Shown in pieces: positions 36,414-46,817 of a DNA stretch of 64,000 bases. The notes beneath the pieces were generated by a model. It saw nothing but the letters and a program-made list of their open reading frames with translations. It ran no database searches and was not told the DNA's origin. Positions within the stretch are counted from its first letter, which is position 1, and every line of letters begins with the position of its first letter. The position numbers and the translations under genes were made by a program. Source of the DNA: an uncultured virus (IMG/VR IMGVR_UViG_3300020247_000249) (taxonomy: Duplodnaviria > Heunggongvirae > Uroviricota > Caudoviricetes); the IMG/VR virus record IMGVR_UViG_3300020247_000249. One strand, written 5' to 3'.

Positions 36414-37465
36414 TATGTATAATCCTCCAATACACCTTTACGTTTTAAATCAAGTGTTGCACAATGCAAACCACCACTTAAAGTCATAGCATGTCTAAAG
36501 CGTACAGGTACACTAGTAATACCATGCTTGTCTAATTCTTTCATTAAAGGTTCTTGAGTATCATCTACCACAACAGTATCGTGATTAATACTTAAAATAT
36601 TCATTCCTATATAAGGACTACAAGGAGCAACACCTCCTGGTATCTTACTTCCTTGAGCAACACAATCATCAAACCAAATCTTATCCCATTTCTCAAATAC
36701 CTTAGGACAGTTTTCTGCGGTTACTCTTGAACTGTTTAGTAATACTAATCCAGGACGTAAAGGTACTATTGTGCTATCAAAGTGTCCGTAACTGTAAATA
36801 TGTTCTGCAGGGTGTATACGATAACCTCTATGCTCTAAAACATTTTGTAGCCATTTCAGTCCCCAGTGGTTACCTGTGTTACTAATTTGGAATAATATGT
36901 CTTTACCTAAACGTACACAATTTGGTGCATCAAAGATAGGTTCTAAGTTTAGCAAACTAGGCTTGCCTTCAATATCTTCAAATTGATATCCTTCATCTGG
37001 CAATATTGGCTTAGGTGCAGCAATCCATTCAACACCATCGTCAATTGCTTCTAACATGATGTTTCTGTATGCTCTTGTTTCATATTGCCTTGCACGACAA
37101 GCACTTGGAGTTTCAATTACTAAGTTGTCCATTGGCAATAGTAAATCTCTAGGACACCACGTATACCAACCTGTAGTTTTCCATTCAGGTGTACTAAATT
37201 CTACACTGTGATCAATAGGAATAGGTCTGTGTACTTTTATACCTTCTTTAGATAAAACGTCACTCAGTCCTTGTAAATCTTCGTTGGCTTCGTCAATAAG
37301 CCATTCTGGGTATGCGCCTTCTAAAGGCTTAATTAAATCTATAGGATGATTAGTGTAGCTCATACTCATAGTGCTACGATCAACAGTTGGTACTCTAGCA
37401 TGATCAGCTATTCCAACTACTATCTCTTCTAAGGGATCCCAATGGTTGTGAGTAGATACTTTCAT
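36413..37465 (-). CDS. Amidinotransferase (glycine/inosamine-phosphate amidinotransferase family)
   Basis: HNHWDPLEEIVVG, CPRD, FDAPN, HFDST, MNILSI, GGLHCATLD. Confidence 0.92.
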   Translation of the reverse strand: MKVSTHNHWDPLEEIVVGIADHARVPTVDRSTMSMSYTNHPIDLIKPLEGAYPEWLIDEANEDLQGLSDVLSKEGIKVHRPIPIDHSVEFSTPEWKTTGWYTWCPRDLLLPMDNLVIETPSACRARQYETRAYRNIMLEAIDDGVEWIAAPKPILPDEGYQFEDIEGKPSLLNLEPIFDAPNCVRLGKDILFQISNTGNHWGLKWLQNVLEHRGYRIHPAEHIYSYGHFDSTIVPLRPGLVLLNSSRVTAENCPKVFEKWDKIWFDDCVAQGSKIPGGVAPCSPYIGMNILSINHDTVVVDDTQEPLMKELDKHGITSVPVRFRHAMTLSGGLHCATLDLKRKGVLEDYT

Positions 37466-37466
37466 G

Positions 37467-38015
37467 TTATTCCTTTTTAAATGTATCTTTGTTAATATAT
37501 ATCAGCAAAGACAGCCAGTCTTGCGAAGTGTGGTTCCATGCTTCGTGTGGTATTTGTGCATTAAAAACAATTGGTTTGCTAACGTCTGCTATATCTTCTC
37601 CAACTTTAACACCTAACTCTCCTTGTGGAATATGGAAACCTGTAAACACATTATAGAATGGAGTTTCTTCGTACAACGGCCTTTCCATATCATCAATATG
37701 CTTTGGCATAATAGACTTAGGGCCTATGTTTATAATAGCAGCACGTTCAACACCTTGCATACTTTCAAGTATATCACAAACAGGTTTTAGTCTTGGTATT
37801 CGATTATCTTTATCTGGGTGAAATATACAAATACGGAAGTCTACGTTATCTCTATCTTTTGGATGTATTTCTGTTAAGTCAGGACTGTCATCATATTCTG
37901 TTACATCAACTAGATGTTCTACAATACAAAACTTATTAGGTATAGCAGTCTTTGCTGCTTCTACTGCTTGTAAAAACTTATCATGGTCAACGTATGTTTT
38001 AATATCATGCAACAT
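37467..38015 (-). CDS. Aspartyl/asparaginyl beta-hydroxylase-like oxygenase
   Basis: PKHID, FNAQIPHEAWN. Confidence 0.72.
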   Translation of the reverse strand: MLHDIKTYVDHDKFLQAVEAAKTAIPNKFCIVEHLVDVTEYDDSPDLTEIHPKDRDNVDFRICIFHPDKDNRIPRLKPVCDILESMQGVERAAIINIGPKSIMPKHIDDMERPLYEETPFYNVFTGFHIPQGELGVKVGEDIADVSKPIVFNAQIPHEAWNHTSQDWLSLLIYINKDTFKKE

Positions 38016-38919
38016 GGTTAATAAGTGCTTCCTTGTTTGCTATATTTGTTTTTGCTATACTGTTTATTACTTCTTGTTTATTTTCAACTGTGTTAACGTC
38101 TAATTGTTTAGGAAATGTAAGTATGTTTACTGACCACTCAACATCTTTTAAACTGTTAATATAGTTTTCTAAATCAACAAGTCCGTGATAGTTATTTCTA
38201 TGTAGCACAGTGTTTACACTTAATTTGTAACCCCATATCTTTACTTGATCGATAAAGCGTTCTATCTTATTCCATTCGCAGTTTTTTCTTACACGCTCAT
38301 TTAGTTCGCCATAGCCGTCAAGACTTAGAATGAATTCAACACTTTTACATTTTTCAAGTTGCCTTATTGTTTCTTTGTCTAACATAAATGTACCGTTAGT
38401 GTTGTATATCACTGTCATTTTACTTAGATCGTTTACCATTTCTAGTAAGCGTCTATGCCTGTTAGTCATTAACGGTTCGCCACCTAAGAATAATATCTTT
38501 GTTACAGTGTCTGGAATAGAAGTTATTTCATCACTGCTTACAATATGTTTCTTTTTATTTGGGTCTAGTATCTTACCCCACTCGCTGCTAAACTCTGGAT
38601 AACAACCGTCGCAGGCTGCATTACAAATATTATCAAACCCTATTTCTAAATATTCTAATTTTACTTCTTCTGTGTCATACTCAGCATTAAAGCGTTCACG
38701 CAAACTATTCTTGCCTAGTGACTCTTCGTGTATGCATTTTGCACAATTAGGATTATCTTCAACCGGCGTTTCTCTTAACTTTTGCATTTCTGGTAAGTCA
38801 AGTATCTTATTTAGATTACCGTCAAAAACAGCAACAGGTTCTTTGTAGCGACAGCAAGGAAATATTCTATTTCCACTACGCACATTAGTATGCTTATAAA
38901 ATGCTGCACATTTACTCAT
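38005..38919 (-). CDS. Radical SAM protein with N-terminal Cys-rich (twitch/SPASM-like) region
   Basis: PCC...CAKC; CNAACDGC; FLGGEPL; YNTNGT; LSLDG. Confidence 0.9.
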   Translation of the reverse strand: MSKCAAFYKHTNVRSGNRIFPCCRYKEPVAVFDGNLNKILDLPEMQKLRETPVEDNPNCAKCIHEESLGKNSLRERFNAEYDTEEVKLEYLEIGFDNICNAACDGCYPEFSSEWGKILDPNKKKHIVSSDEITSIPDTVTKILFLGGEPLMTNRHRRLLEMVNDLSKMTVIYNTNGTFMLDKETIRQLEKCKSVEFILSLDGYGELNERVRKNCEWNKIERFIDQVKIWGYKLSVNTVLHRNNYHGLVDLENYINSLKDVEWSVNILTFPKQLDVNTVENKQEVINSIAKTNIANKEALINHVA

Positions 38920-40108
38920 ACGATGGCGGTCTCTGTACTAGATTACTATATCCTGTTTGATTAAGATAATAGTTTACTTCCTCTCTTGGTGCACCATAAT
39001 GCTCAACCAAATAATCAAAAAGTAAATGTTGTTTATCAAGATAACGCTTTGCTAATTGATAGTTATGTTCTATATCATCAATTAGTCCTTGCGGCTTCTT
39101 AAGTTTTAAAAAGTCTGCTGTATTAGTTACAATTGCATCAAGACGTTGCTCCTCTGTTTCAAGGTGTGCATACTCTGGTATAGTCATGTATTCTGTAAAT
39201 GTTCTGAACCCAAGATTTTCCATATATTTGAACTGATCTATGTCGCCTGCAAACAAGAACGGGTGTTTATGAAATACTGCTCTCCAAAATTTTTCTGTCA
39301 CAAAAGAATTGTTTGTACTATAATTCCAATAGTTAGGGCCTTCACTAATAATGCTTAAACACGTTTCTGGAAATATGCTACTGTCAATTAGTGCAGGTGC
39401 TTTAGCCCAATCAGTATCACCAACATCATGCCAATCACCTGTTTGATAATATTCTTCTGCAAAAAACTTTTTAGCATTTTCGTATTCATCACCTATTCTT
39501 CTATCAGCAAAATTACAAAACTCGTTAAATTCTTCTTCTGATAAAATATGCATTATATCCTTGCATACTTTACGTTCTTCTTCTGTCCATGGAACAAAGA
39601 ATGTCCAAATAGCATTATAGTCTAACATTCCAAGTTTATAATACTTGTAAAGCAATCCTATACGATTCATTCTCGATGGCACACCGCCAAGGAATAAAAA
39701 TTTATTTGCATGTGGATTGTATTCAGTTAGTTTATTTTTTTTAATTCTATCTTCGTAAGATTTATAAGTGAATTGAAGTGTGTAATCAATAGAATACATT
39801 TTATCAAATGCTACAGGCATAATCCATTCGTGTCCACCATGGCCTGAAACAAACACTAGTTTTTCTATTCCTAGTTTTGTACAACGCTCTTTCATCTTAG
39901 CAACTTCACCTGGCCATATATTCGGCTCTAGATTTAAAACACCATCAATCATCATTACTGCAATGACAGTATCACACCCGTCTTTGGCTGCTTGTTTAAG
40001 TTCTTTGAATATCCACTTTAGTTTTAATTTGCTGAATACCTGTTTATCAAGATTCCATCTATTATTATCAGGCGTCCATTCTATATTAACTACTCTTGCT
40101 TTATGCAC
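38912..40108 (-). CDS. Hypothetical protein, possible glycosyltransferase-like C-terminus
   Basis: FLFLGG...NRIGLL, SIISE, FVTEKFWRA...HPF, LGFRTF, HNY (GT10-like EK motif). Confidence 0.5.
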   Translation of the reverse strand: MHKARVVNIEWTPDNNRWNLDKQVFSKLKLKWIFKELKQAAKDGCDTVIAVMMIDGVLNLEPNIWPGEVAKMKERCTKLGIEKLVFVSGHGGHEWIMPVAFDKMYSIDYTLQFTYKSYEDRIKKNKLTEYNPHANKFLFLGGVPSRMNRIGLLYKYYKLGMLDYNAIWTFFVPWTEEERKVCKDIMHILSEEEFNEFCNFADRRIGDEYENAKKFFAEEYYQTGDWHDVGDTDWAKAPALIDSSIFPETCLSIISEGPNYWNYSTNNSFVTEKFWRAVFHKHPFLFAGDIDQFKYMENLGFRTFTEYMTIPEYAHLETEEQRLDAIVTNTADFLKLKKPQGLIDDIEHNYQLAKRYLDKQHLLFDYLVEHYGAPREEVNYYLNQTGYSNLVQRPPSYE

Positions 40109-41025
40109 TGTGCGAACTCCTCAATTGACATAGGTAGAAATTTATGAAAACTGAGCCTATTCAGTTCAGCATCAGGACTGCCGCCACCTCTATCGTATTC
40201 TACATACTTGTCTTGAGGCGCAATACCAAATAATACCGTGCTACTAGGCTCGACACCTAAATGTTTACAAAATTCTAATTGTTGTGATTTATACTTTTTA
40301 TAGATAAAGTCAGGACTATAATTTTCCATTAATTGTAAACCTATATAAGCACCTAGTCTATTCACGTAACTATTTTTGTTATAAACAAATAAAGTATCAT
40401 CGTCATCGTATTTGCTTAAACGCATACCTATCCTTGCATGTGCTACTGGAAATGTTTTTGATAAACTAAAAACAATATCAGTTATACATTCGTGCTTAAA
40501 GTTAAATTCTATAGCAGACGATATACCAAAATAGCAACAGTCAAGTAAAACAGGTATACCTAGTCTATCACATTCATCTAATGCTGCTTCGTGTAACTTG
40601 TGTTTGTTTCCTGTATTACTAAAAGGTAAACTAATAACTAGTGCGTCATTGGCATCTAAACAATCATCATCGGCATACAACCAATTAAATTTATCACGCC
40701 ATGCTAACTGGTGATAAAGATATTCACCTCTAAAACATCTGAATCTTCTATCCTTATGCTTCATGTAAAATTTATCAAATGATTCAGTAGTACCATGAGA
40801 GTAACATTTGTAAGGAAAATCATCTATGCCTGCCATTAAATTTAGAGCTGACATTCTAATCCAAGCATGATATCTTTCTAAATATTCTTCAGTTACATTT
40901 ACATCATACATATGTTCTGTGAATCTAAGAGGCATCATGTTCAAAAAGTTCATTACTTCTTGATCGAGGACTGCTCCTGAATGTCCAAATGGTAAATGTT
41001 TTTTATCGTATGGAAACTTTTGCAT
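40090..41025 (-). CDS. PLP-dependent aminotransferase-fold protein
   Basis: GTTESFD, SLPFSNTG, LLDCCYF, FSLSKTF (Lys), RIG. Confidence 0.78.
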   Translation of the reverse strand: MQKFPYDKKHLPFGHSGAVLDQEVMNFLNMMPLRFTEHMYDVNVTEEYLERYHAWIRMSALNLMAGIDDFPYKCYSHGTTESFDKFYMKHKDRRFRCFRGEYLYHQLAWRDKFNWLYADDDCLDANDALVISLPFSNTGNKHKLHEAALDECDRLGIPVLLDCCYFGISSAIEFNFKHECITDIVFSLSKTFPVAHARIGMRLSKYDDDDTLFVYNKNSYVNRLGAYIGLQLMENYSPDFIYKKYKSQQLEFCKHLGVEPSSTVLFGIAPQDKYVEYDRGGGSPDAELNRLSFHKFLPMSIEEFAQCIKQE

Positions 41026-41046
41026 ACTAGTATTTATATGCGCAGT

Positions 41047-41883
41047 TTATACCTGTTGAATTTTTATGTTTTCGTAGTGTGATCTTGGAGTTGTCGGATC
41101 GCCTTGTTGATCCATACGCTTTGGATTGGAAGGACACATTGAGCAAAAACTTTCACATCCTCTAGCAAAAAACTCTGCTAGTTCTTGATCTGTGCAATCT
41201 GCTGTTATTGGCTTATACTTTAAATAGGGATCCCATTTAGGAGATAAGTTGTATAATTTCTTTTGGAATGGTAGATATGCTAGTGGCGCACATTTGTATA
41301 TTTCGTTATCTAGTAGTTGGAAACAATCTTGTCCTGTAATACAATTGTCCCAACTCTTCTGTGCGTCATTGTCTTCATAAGGCATCATATTGTTTCCATA
41401 CCCTTTGTATATTTCAAACCAATATGTATGGCACGGAGCAACTTCTGCTTTAATGTTATAATCTTTTTTCCATTGTAATAGTAATTCTTCTGCAGGAGCA
41501 AACTTTTTCATATATGCTTCTTTAGTACTATGCTTACTAAGACTAATAGATATATTAGTTTCTTCTAACACTTTAGGTAAGTCAGGATACTTGTAAAGCA
41601 GAAAGCCATTAGTTTGTAAATTTAAGTTTTCGCAGTCGGGCCAGTACTTTCTTGTTAAGAAAAGAATATTATAAATGTCTTTGTTTAGTAGAGGCTCTCC
41701 TCCTAGTATATCAATGGTTTCTGGATCAAGTCTATGAGCCCAGCTCTTATACCAAGATTCTAACTCGTCATACTTCACTATACCTGTATGTCTATGATTA
41801 CTAAAATGCCCACACCCTACACATGTAAGATTACATGAGTGAGCTACATGCCACTCAAGATGTGAGATTTTTAACTTTGACAA
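41047..41883 (-). CDS. Radical SAM protein with C-terminal Cys cluster
   Basis: CNLTCVGC, ILGGEPLL, QTNG, YKC, CSMCP. Confidence 0.92.
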   Translation of the reverse strand: MSKLKISHLEWHVAHSCNLTCVGCGHFSNHRHTGIVKYDELESWYKSWAHRLDPETIDILGGEPLLNKDIYNILFLTRKYWPDCENLNLQTNGFLLYKYPDLPKVLEETNISISLSKHSTKEAYMKKFAPAEELLLQWKKDYNIKAEVAPCHTYWFEIYKGYGNNMMPYEDNDAQKSWDNCITGQDCFQLLDNEIYKCAPLAYLPFQKKLYNLSPKWDPYLKYKPITADCTDQELAEFFARGCESFCSMCPSNPKRMDQQGDPTTPRSHYENIKIQQV

Positions 41884-42811
41884 GGTCTACTCCTTTGAAT
41901 GCTTTCTTTCTGTTTTTATCAAATTGTACATCAACTGAAAGTTCTTTTGGCTTTGGTTTTTTGTGCATAGCACACAAAGAACATGCTGGAATTGACTTTC
42001 CTATATTGTTAAAGAAGTCTTGCATTGTTTCTTTGTCTTGGTCTACTGTTAATGGCTTATAATCTTCTAATAATGGGTATGCTCTTTCTTCGTAATATGT
42101 TTGTGTTTTTAATTCATCATAGTTTAGCACTAGAGGACATTTAAATAGTTTGCCTCGTTGTAGTGTATGGCAGTGTTGTCCGTATAAACATGCATCATGA
42201 CTCTCTTCTCTGTCGCCATCATCTAAAATTATTGTATTGTCTTTTACTTCTTTTACATAGTTAGGAAACATCTTATCTACAATAGTATGTCCAATAGCAT
42301 ACTTTCCATCAATCTGCCACATATCTAAATGTTCAAATCCGTATGGATCATCATAATCTGGATTTATCCTTTCAGCTCTGTCGCCGAATGGTTCTAGAAT
42401 TTTATCAATGAACATTTTAAATTTAGGAATATCTTTTTGATCATGTCCTGATAAATTTAAACATACACCTGCTTCTAAAAATGTACGAGTTGTTTCAACA
42501 TTCTTTTTCAATCCTAATAATGTTCCGTTAGTTACAACGTTCACTTGGCTATCTGGCCATAGGCTTTTAATACCTAATGCCCAGTCTAACAGTTCAGGAT
42601 TAAGATATGGCTCTCCTCCTAGTATGTCAATCTCTGGGAAGTTTGCTTTCTTAGCCCATTCTTCATAAAGATGCTTTTCTTCCTTCCAAGACATTACTCC
42701 TGCAAAATTATAATTCTGCAATGTACCACATGCATTACATGTAAGATTACAGGTATTGTTTATAATAATGCATACAGGATTTTCACTGGGTAGGCTTAAT
42801 CTATTATCCAT
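41855..42811 (-). CDS. Radical SAM protein with C-terminal Cys cluster
   Basis: CNLTCNAC, ILGGEPYL, VTNG, FKCP, CSLC; start reassigned to MDNRL. Confidence 0.92.
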   Translation of the reverse strand: MDNRLSLPSENPVCIIINNTCNLTCNACGTLQNYNFAGVMSWKEEKHLYEEWAKKANFPEIDILGGEPYLNPELLDWALGIKSLWPDSQVNVVTNGTLLGLKKNVETTRTFLEAGVCLNLSGHDQKDIPKFKMFIDKILEPFGDRAERINPDYDDPYGFEHLDMWQIDGKYAIGHTIVDKMFPNYVKEVKDNTIILDDGDREESHDACLYGQHCHTLQRGKLFKCPLVLNYDELKTQTYYEERAYPLLEDYKPLTVDQDKETMQDFFNNIGKSIPACSLCAMHKKPKPKELSVDVQFDKNRKKAFKGVDLVKVKNLTS

Positions 42812-42851
42812 ATTACTATTTATAAGAGCATATAACTGCATAAGTAACTAT

Positions 42852-43583
42852 ATGAATGCTGTAGATTTCTATGAAAAAAACAAAGATTGTATATGGAAAA
42901 TGCCTGCGGCTCCTGCTGATTGCAGCAATGACGTAGAACTAGCACATTGGTTGTTGAACAAAGCCAACTTTGGTTGGTTAGAATTAGACATAGATATTCC
43001 TATAGACTTATGGAAGTCAGATATACAGCATACTAAATTCTATAACCATAGAGGAAATGATCACCCAGGTTGGAACAGTGCTTGTATTCATGGCATTGAT
43101 GTTGACAAAACCGGTGCATGGACAAATTACGGCTATGAGCGTGAAGAAGATGTTCCTTACAAATGGACTACACTAAGTGAATCTACACCAAGTATAAAAA
43201 GTTTTTGGCAACGTTTTCCTTATGAAACTTATCGAAGAATACGACTTATGCAAATAGAGCCAGAAGGTTATATTAGTCCACACAGTGACGCACCTGGAAA
43301 GTTACCAGGTGAGGATAATTTAGATATTTTAGAGTTTGGTGTTCCTATCAATGTAGCAATTATACACCCTAAAGATTGTGTAATGACTCTTGAAGGATAT
43401 GGTTGTGTACCTTTTGAAGAAGGCAAGGCATTTATTATAAACATTAGAAACTATCATAGTGTTATTAATCCATCTAATCAATCAAGGATACATTTAATTT
43501 CACATGGTATTCCAGGAAAAAGTAAAAAAGAATTTGCAGAGCTTGTAGCAAGGAGTTATCGAAAACAATATGAATATAGTTGA
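42852..43583 (+). CDS. Aspartyl/asparaginyl beta-hydroxylase-like oxygenase
   Basis: RIRLM, YISPHSD, NYHSVIN, RIHLI. Confidence 0.8.
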   Translation: MNAVDFYEKNKDCIWKMPAAPADCSNDVELAHWLLNKANFGWLELDIDIPIDLWKSDIQHTKFYNHRGNDHPGWNSACIHGIDVDKTGAWTNYGYEREEDVPYKWTTLSESTPSIKSFWQRFPYETYRRIRLMQIEPEGYISPHSDAPGKLPGEDNLDILEFGVPINVAIIHPKDCVMTLEGYGCVPFEEGKAFIINIRNYHSVINPSNQSRIHLISHGIPGKSKKEFAELVARSYRKQYEYS

Positions 43584-44802
43584 ATACAACAACACAGACG
43601 ATAGAGAATTAGTATTTTGTATTCTAGATACAACTACAACTATTACAGATCCATGGATAAAAGAGCTTACTAAGAACCAAGCAGATTTCACACTACAAAA
43701 CTTGTTTAGCAAAGGCTACAGCGTACTTCAAGGTACGAATGAGTACTTACTACTACTTGAGGCACAAAACCGCTTTAAATACGCTTGTGTGCTGTCTACG
43801 GGTACAGAATTCACTAACGGCACAGCAGGTATTGATGCTATTGCTAAATTATGCCAAGATGACTTTGTAGTAACAGGACATATTTTGGATAGAGGTGATG
43901 CATACTATGAGCTACATCAACAGTGCTATCTAATTAATTTACAAAAATGGCGTGAGCTAGGAATGCCTACTATCGGTGATGAAAGTATGGGTGAAGACTT
44001 TTTTACAAGACAGCCTGTAAGAAGTCAAGAAAATTATCATGACGAGTACACACCTGTATGGATTGCACCCGGTTGTGAGTTTCAACCATACAATCATAAA
44101 AGGCATGGTTGGAACATTATTCAAAAATCTTTAGATGCAGGTTACGGTATACGCAGTTTTGATGACAGTGTTAGAAATAACAAGTATCATCTGTATCCTG
44201 AATCACCTAAAGACTTTTACAAGCAGATAGAATATGCATATTACAAAGACGGGTTTTGTAGAACCGAACATGTACATACAGATCATACCGAACACCCTAA
44301 TAGAAAATACAAAGACTTACAGCAAGTAGTTGTACCTGCCAGCGGAGAAAATTACAAAGACTGGTTACATAAAGAACTTCCTGTTAAGGTTATTATGTAT
44401 GATTACAACAAGCAAAGTTTAGACTATTGGAAAGAAAATGTTGAACGTTTACCTAATGTAGAATATGAATTTATTGAATGGGACTTACTAGCAGAGCATT
44501 ATAATATATGTGATCACCTTGATTTAAGTAAACAAGAGTTTACATTGTTTAATTTAAGCAACATTTTTTGCTATGAGGGTACTAATACACTATACAGTAT
44601 CAAGTATAAACTGCAAAAAGAGAACCATTTAATTAATTATTTGAAGGAAAAAATGCCTGCTGCACAGATAAATTTCAGCTCAAGAACTTCCGAAGCATTT
44701 ACATATTATAACTTATATGGGTCTGTAAGAGATATAGTTGTGTATGAAATTGAAAACTTTAAATGCCCTACATGGCATTCTAGTGACTGGTATACTCAGT
44801 AA
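43570..44802 (+). CDS. Hypothetical protein of the modification cluster
   Basis: 410-aa ORF; GHILDR, YYELHQQC, HDEYTP; C-terminal Rossmann-like YDYN...LSNIF. Confidence 0.7.
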   Translation: MNIVEYNNTDDRELVFCILDTTTTITDPWIKELTKNQADFTLQNLFSKGYSVLQGTNEYLLLLEAQNRFKYACVLSTGTEFTNGTAGIDAIAKLCQDDFVVTGHILDRGDAYYELHQQCYLINLQKWRELGMPTIGDESMGEDFFTRQPVRSQENYHDEYTPVWIAPGCEFQPYNHKRHGWNIIQKSLDAGYGIRSFDDSVRNNKYHLYPESPKDFYKQIEYAYYKDGFCRTEHVHTDHTEHPNRKYKDLQQVVVPASGENYKDWLHKELPVKVIMYDYNKQSLDYWKENVERLPNVEYEFIEWDLLAEHYNICDHLDLSKQEFTLFNLSNIFCYEGTNTLYSIKYKLQKENHLINYLKEKMPAAQINFSSRTSEAFTYYNLYGSVRDIVVYEIENFKCPTWHSSDWYTQ

Positions 44803-45280
44803 CCTGTAATACAAGCCTTGGTTCAAAAGAAAGATTAGCAGCACCGTGTTCGTCTTGCGAATGCTCATATTCAAACACATCACCTCTTTTGTAATTTGCT
44901 ATCATTGAATTACCGTATAGAAAAACATGTCCTGCTACATAATCTTGTAAAGGTACCCAAAAACGTTTACATGTTTGATCTTCGTGTGTAAGAGGATCTG
45001 TGTGCATAGGCATCATTTGCCCAGGTAGCAGTTTAGTAATCCACCAATGGCATTTACCAAACGTCCATGGAAACTTTAAATCTATTTGTAGATCTTGTTG
45101 CTCGTAAACATACCACATTGTTTTACCAAAGTCAAATGTTGATTTGCCTTTTTCCCAAAGCTCTTTTTCAACATCATTAATTGGTTTCCAATCTCCAGGG
45201 CGGGCTTGTCCTTTTGCATCCATTACAAGTTTATTTAGAGCTGGGTTAAAATCTTTTTCAAAGTTACCAATCCACTTCAT
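44780..45280 (-). CDS. Cupin/2OG-Fe(II) oxygenase
   Basis: PGQMMPMHTD, RFWVPLQDYVAGH, HGAAN, PRLVLQ. Confidence 0.78.
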   Translation of the reverse strand: MKWIGNFEKDFNPALNKLVMDAKGQARPGDWKPINDVEKELWEKGKSTFDFGKTMWYVYEQQDLQIDLKFPWTFGKCHWWITKLLPGQMMPMHTDPLTHEDQTCKRFWVPLQDYVAGHVFLYGNSMIANYKRGDVFEYEHSQDEHGAANLSFEPRLVLQVTEYTSH

Positions 45281-46095
45281 TAATAATTCTCCAAGTGGTC
45301 GATACCTAACTTCTTTCTAAAGTCATCTGTAAACTTACAGTCAATACGCAAACCGTATTCAACTTCTACACTGTTTTCTCCGCCATGCCAGTCTTGGTCA
45401 TTCCAAAATGCTGCATTACAGTTTAAGTAATGTTTGTTTTCTGACTCTGGATCCCAAATATAGAATCCTCTTTTTGTGCGATAGCGTATATGTATAAATT
45501 CATTATTGTGCGGACTGTATTGCTTATCATCATGTACTCCATTATTAGCGTCTAAGTCTCTGTGTTCAAATGCTCTGCCATTATGATCACAATGAAAAAA
45601 TATTACTCTACCTATACGATCAATAATGTTATTTGTTTGTAAATCTTCAACCCATTTTACAACACCTGGAAAGTATTTGCTTTCTTCTGTTTTCTGCCTT
45701 TCAGCATTACGCTCATTCCAATCACCTTCATTCCAAAGGAAGTAATAAATGTATGGATCATTAGCACCCATTGTTGCTTTAAGGTAACGAGTAAAGATAT
45801 TACGCTGTTTATAGTCGCCAAAATCTTTAGGAAGTATTGTCTGCCCATGTACTTTAATAGGATCGTCATCAGGCAATGCTTCATATTCTTCCATAGCTTT
45901 GTATATTGGTTTCCAATTCAATATATAACTTGAATCTTTCCATTCAAAGCCAGGTGCCATCCAAGTTCCTTCTTTTGCATAGTCTCTTGCTAGTGCAAAT
46001 CCTTTAGAAATCTCAGGATGTAGATCTTTGAAAGATGATGTATCTAAATATGGATCTAAGTTAATGTAAGGCTTTCCGCCAATTCCTCTAATCAT
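45280..46095 (-). CDS. Cupin/2OG-Fe(II) oxygenase-like protein
   Basis: GRVIFF, FEHRD, WNDQDWHGG, LRID. Confidence 0.65.
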   Translation of the reverse strand: MIRGIGGKPYINLDPYLDTSSFKDLHPEISKGFALARDYAKEGTWMAPGFEWKDSSYILNWKPIYKAMEEYEALPDDDPIKVHGQTILPKDFGDYKQRNIFTRYLKATMGANDPYIYYFLWNEGDWNERNAERQKTEESKYFPGVVKWVEDLQTNNIIDRIGRVIFFHCDHNGRAFEHRDLDANNGVHDDKQYSPHNNEFIHIRYRTKRGFYIWDPESENKHYLNCNAAFWNDQDWHGGENSVEVEYGLRIDCKFTDDFRKKLGIDHLENY

Positions 46096-46121
46096 GTAGA
46101 TATTTACCGTTAAATATAGCT

Positions 46122-46817
46122 ATGAGTAACAACTTTGAATATTACTATAACACAGTTCCCGGAAAAGGTCAATGCCGAAATAATCTAATATACACTAGTT
46201 TGATTAGTAAGGATAAAAAGACATTTTGCCAATGGTACTATAATGATGAGCAATATCATGGCGGACACAATCAAGTAGTTGATCCTGACCTAATGGAAGA
46301 AAAATGGTTACGTGAGATTAACTTTATACAAGAAATGGAAATGCACTATCCACAACATGTTCCAGAAATACAAGATATTGACTTTGTTAATAGAAAATTA
46401 TTTTTAAAGATTGACGGTCCTGATATGTGGGAACTTGCCGGCTGTGAAGGAAAAGACTATAGTGTAGTTGACAATTGGGAACAGCAAATGCTTGATATTA
46501 TCGAAGCACATAAAAACTTAGGTATATACAAGTATAGTATGCACCCTAGCAGTTACTTTGTAGTAGACGGAACATTAAAAAGTATTAACTATTTTTTCTG
46601 TTATAAGGATAATGATCCTGCAATAAGTTTACGCAGTGTAATGAGTCATATTAGTGAGGATCGTCAAGCAGACTTGTTTCCTAAAATGACAGCGGCAGGT
46701 ATTGATGTTAATACTCCTACTGAACATGTTAAAATACAACAACTAGCATTTGACAGTTTTAAAACAAACTTCCCAGATAGTACTATGGAAAAGGCAAAAC
46801 AAATATATGCAGCCTAA
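46122..46817 (+). CDS. Protein-kinase-fold protein with degenerate catalytic loop
   Basis: WLREINF, VPEIQDID, GIYKYSMHPSSYFV, LKSINYF; paralog of 51053-51745. Confidence 0.55.
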   Translation: MSNNFEYYYNTVPGKGQCRNNLIYTSLISKDKKTFCQWYYNDEQYHGGHNQVVDPDLMEEKWLREINFIQEMEMHYPQHVPEIQDIDFVNRKLFLKIDGPDMWELAGCEGKDYSVVDNWEQQMLDIIEAHKNLGIYKYSMHPSSYFVVDGTLKSINYFFCYKDNDPAISLRSVMSHISEDRQADLFPKMTAAGIDVNTPTEHVKIQQLAFDSFKTNFPDSTMEKAKQIYAA

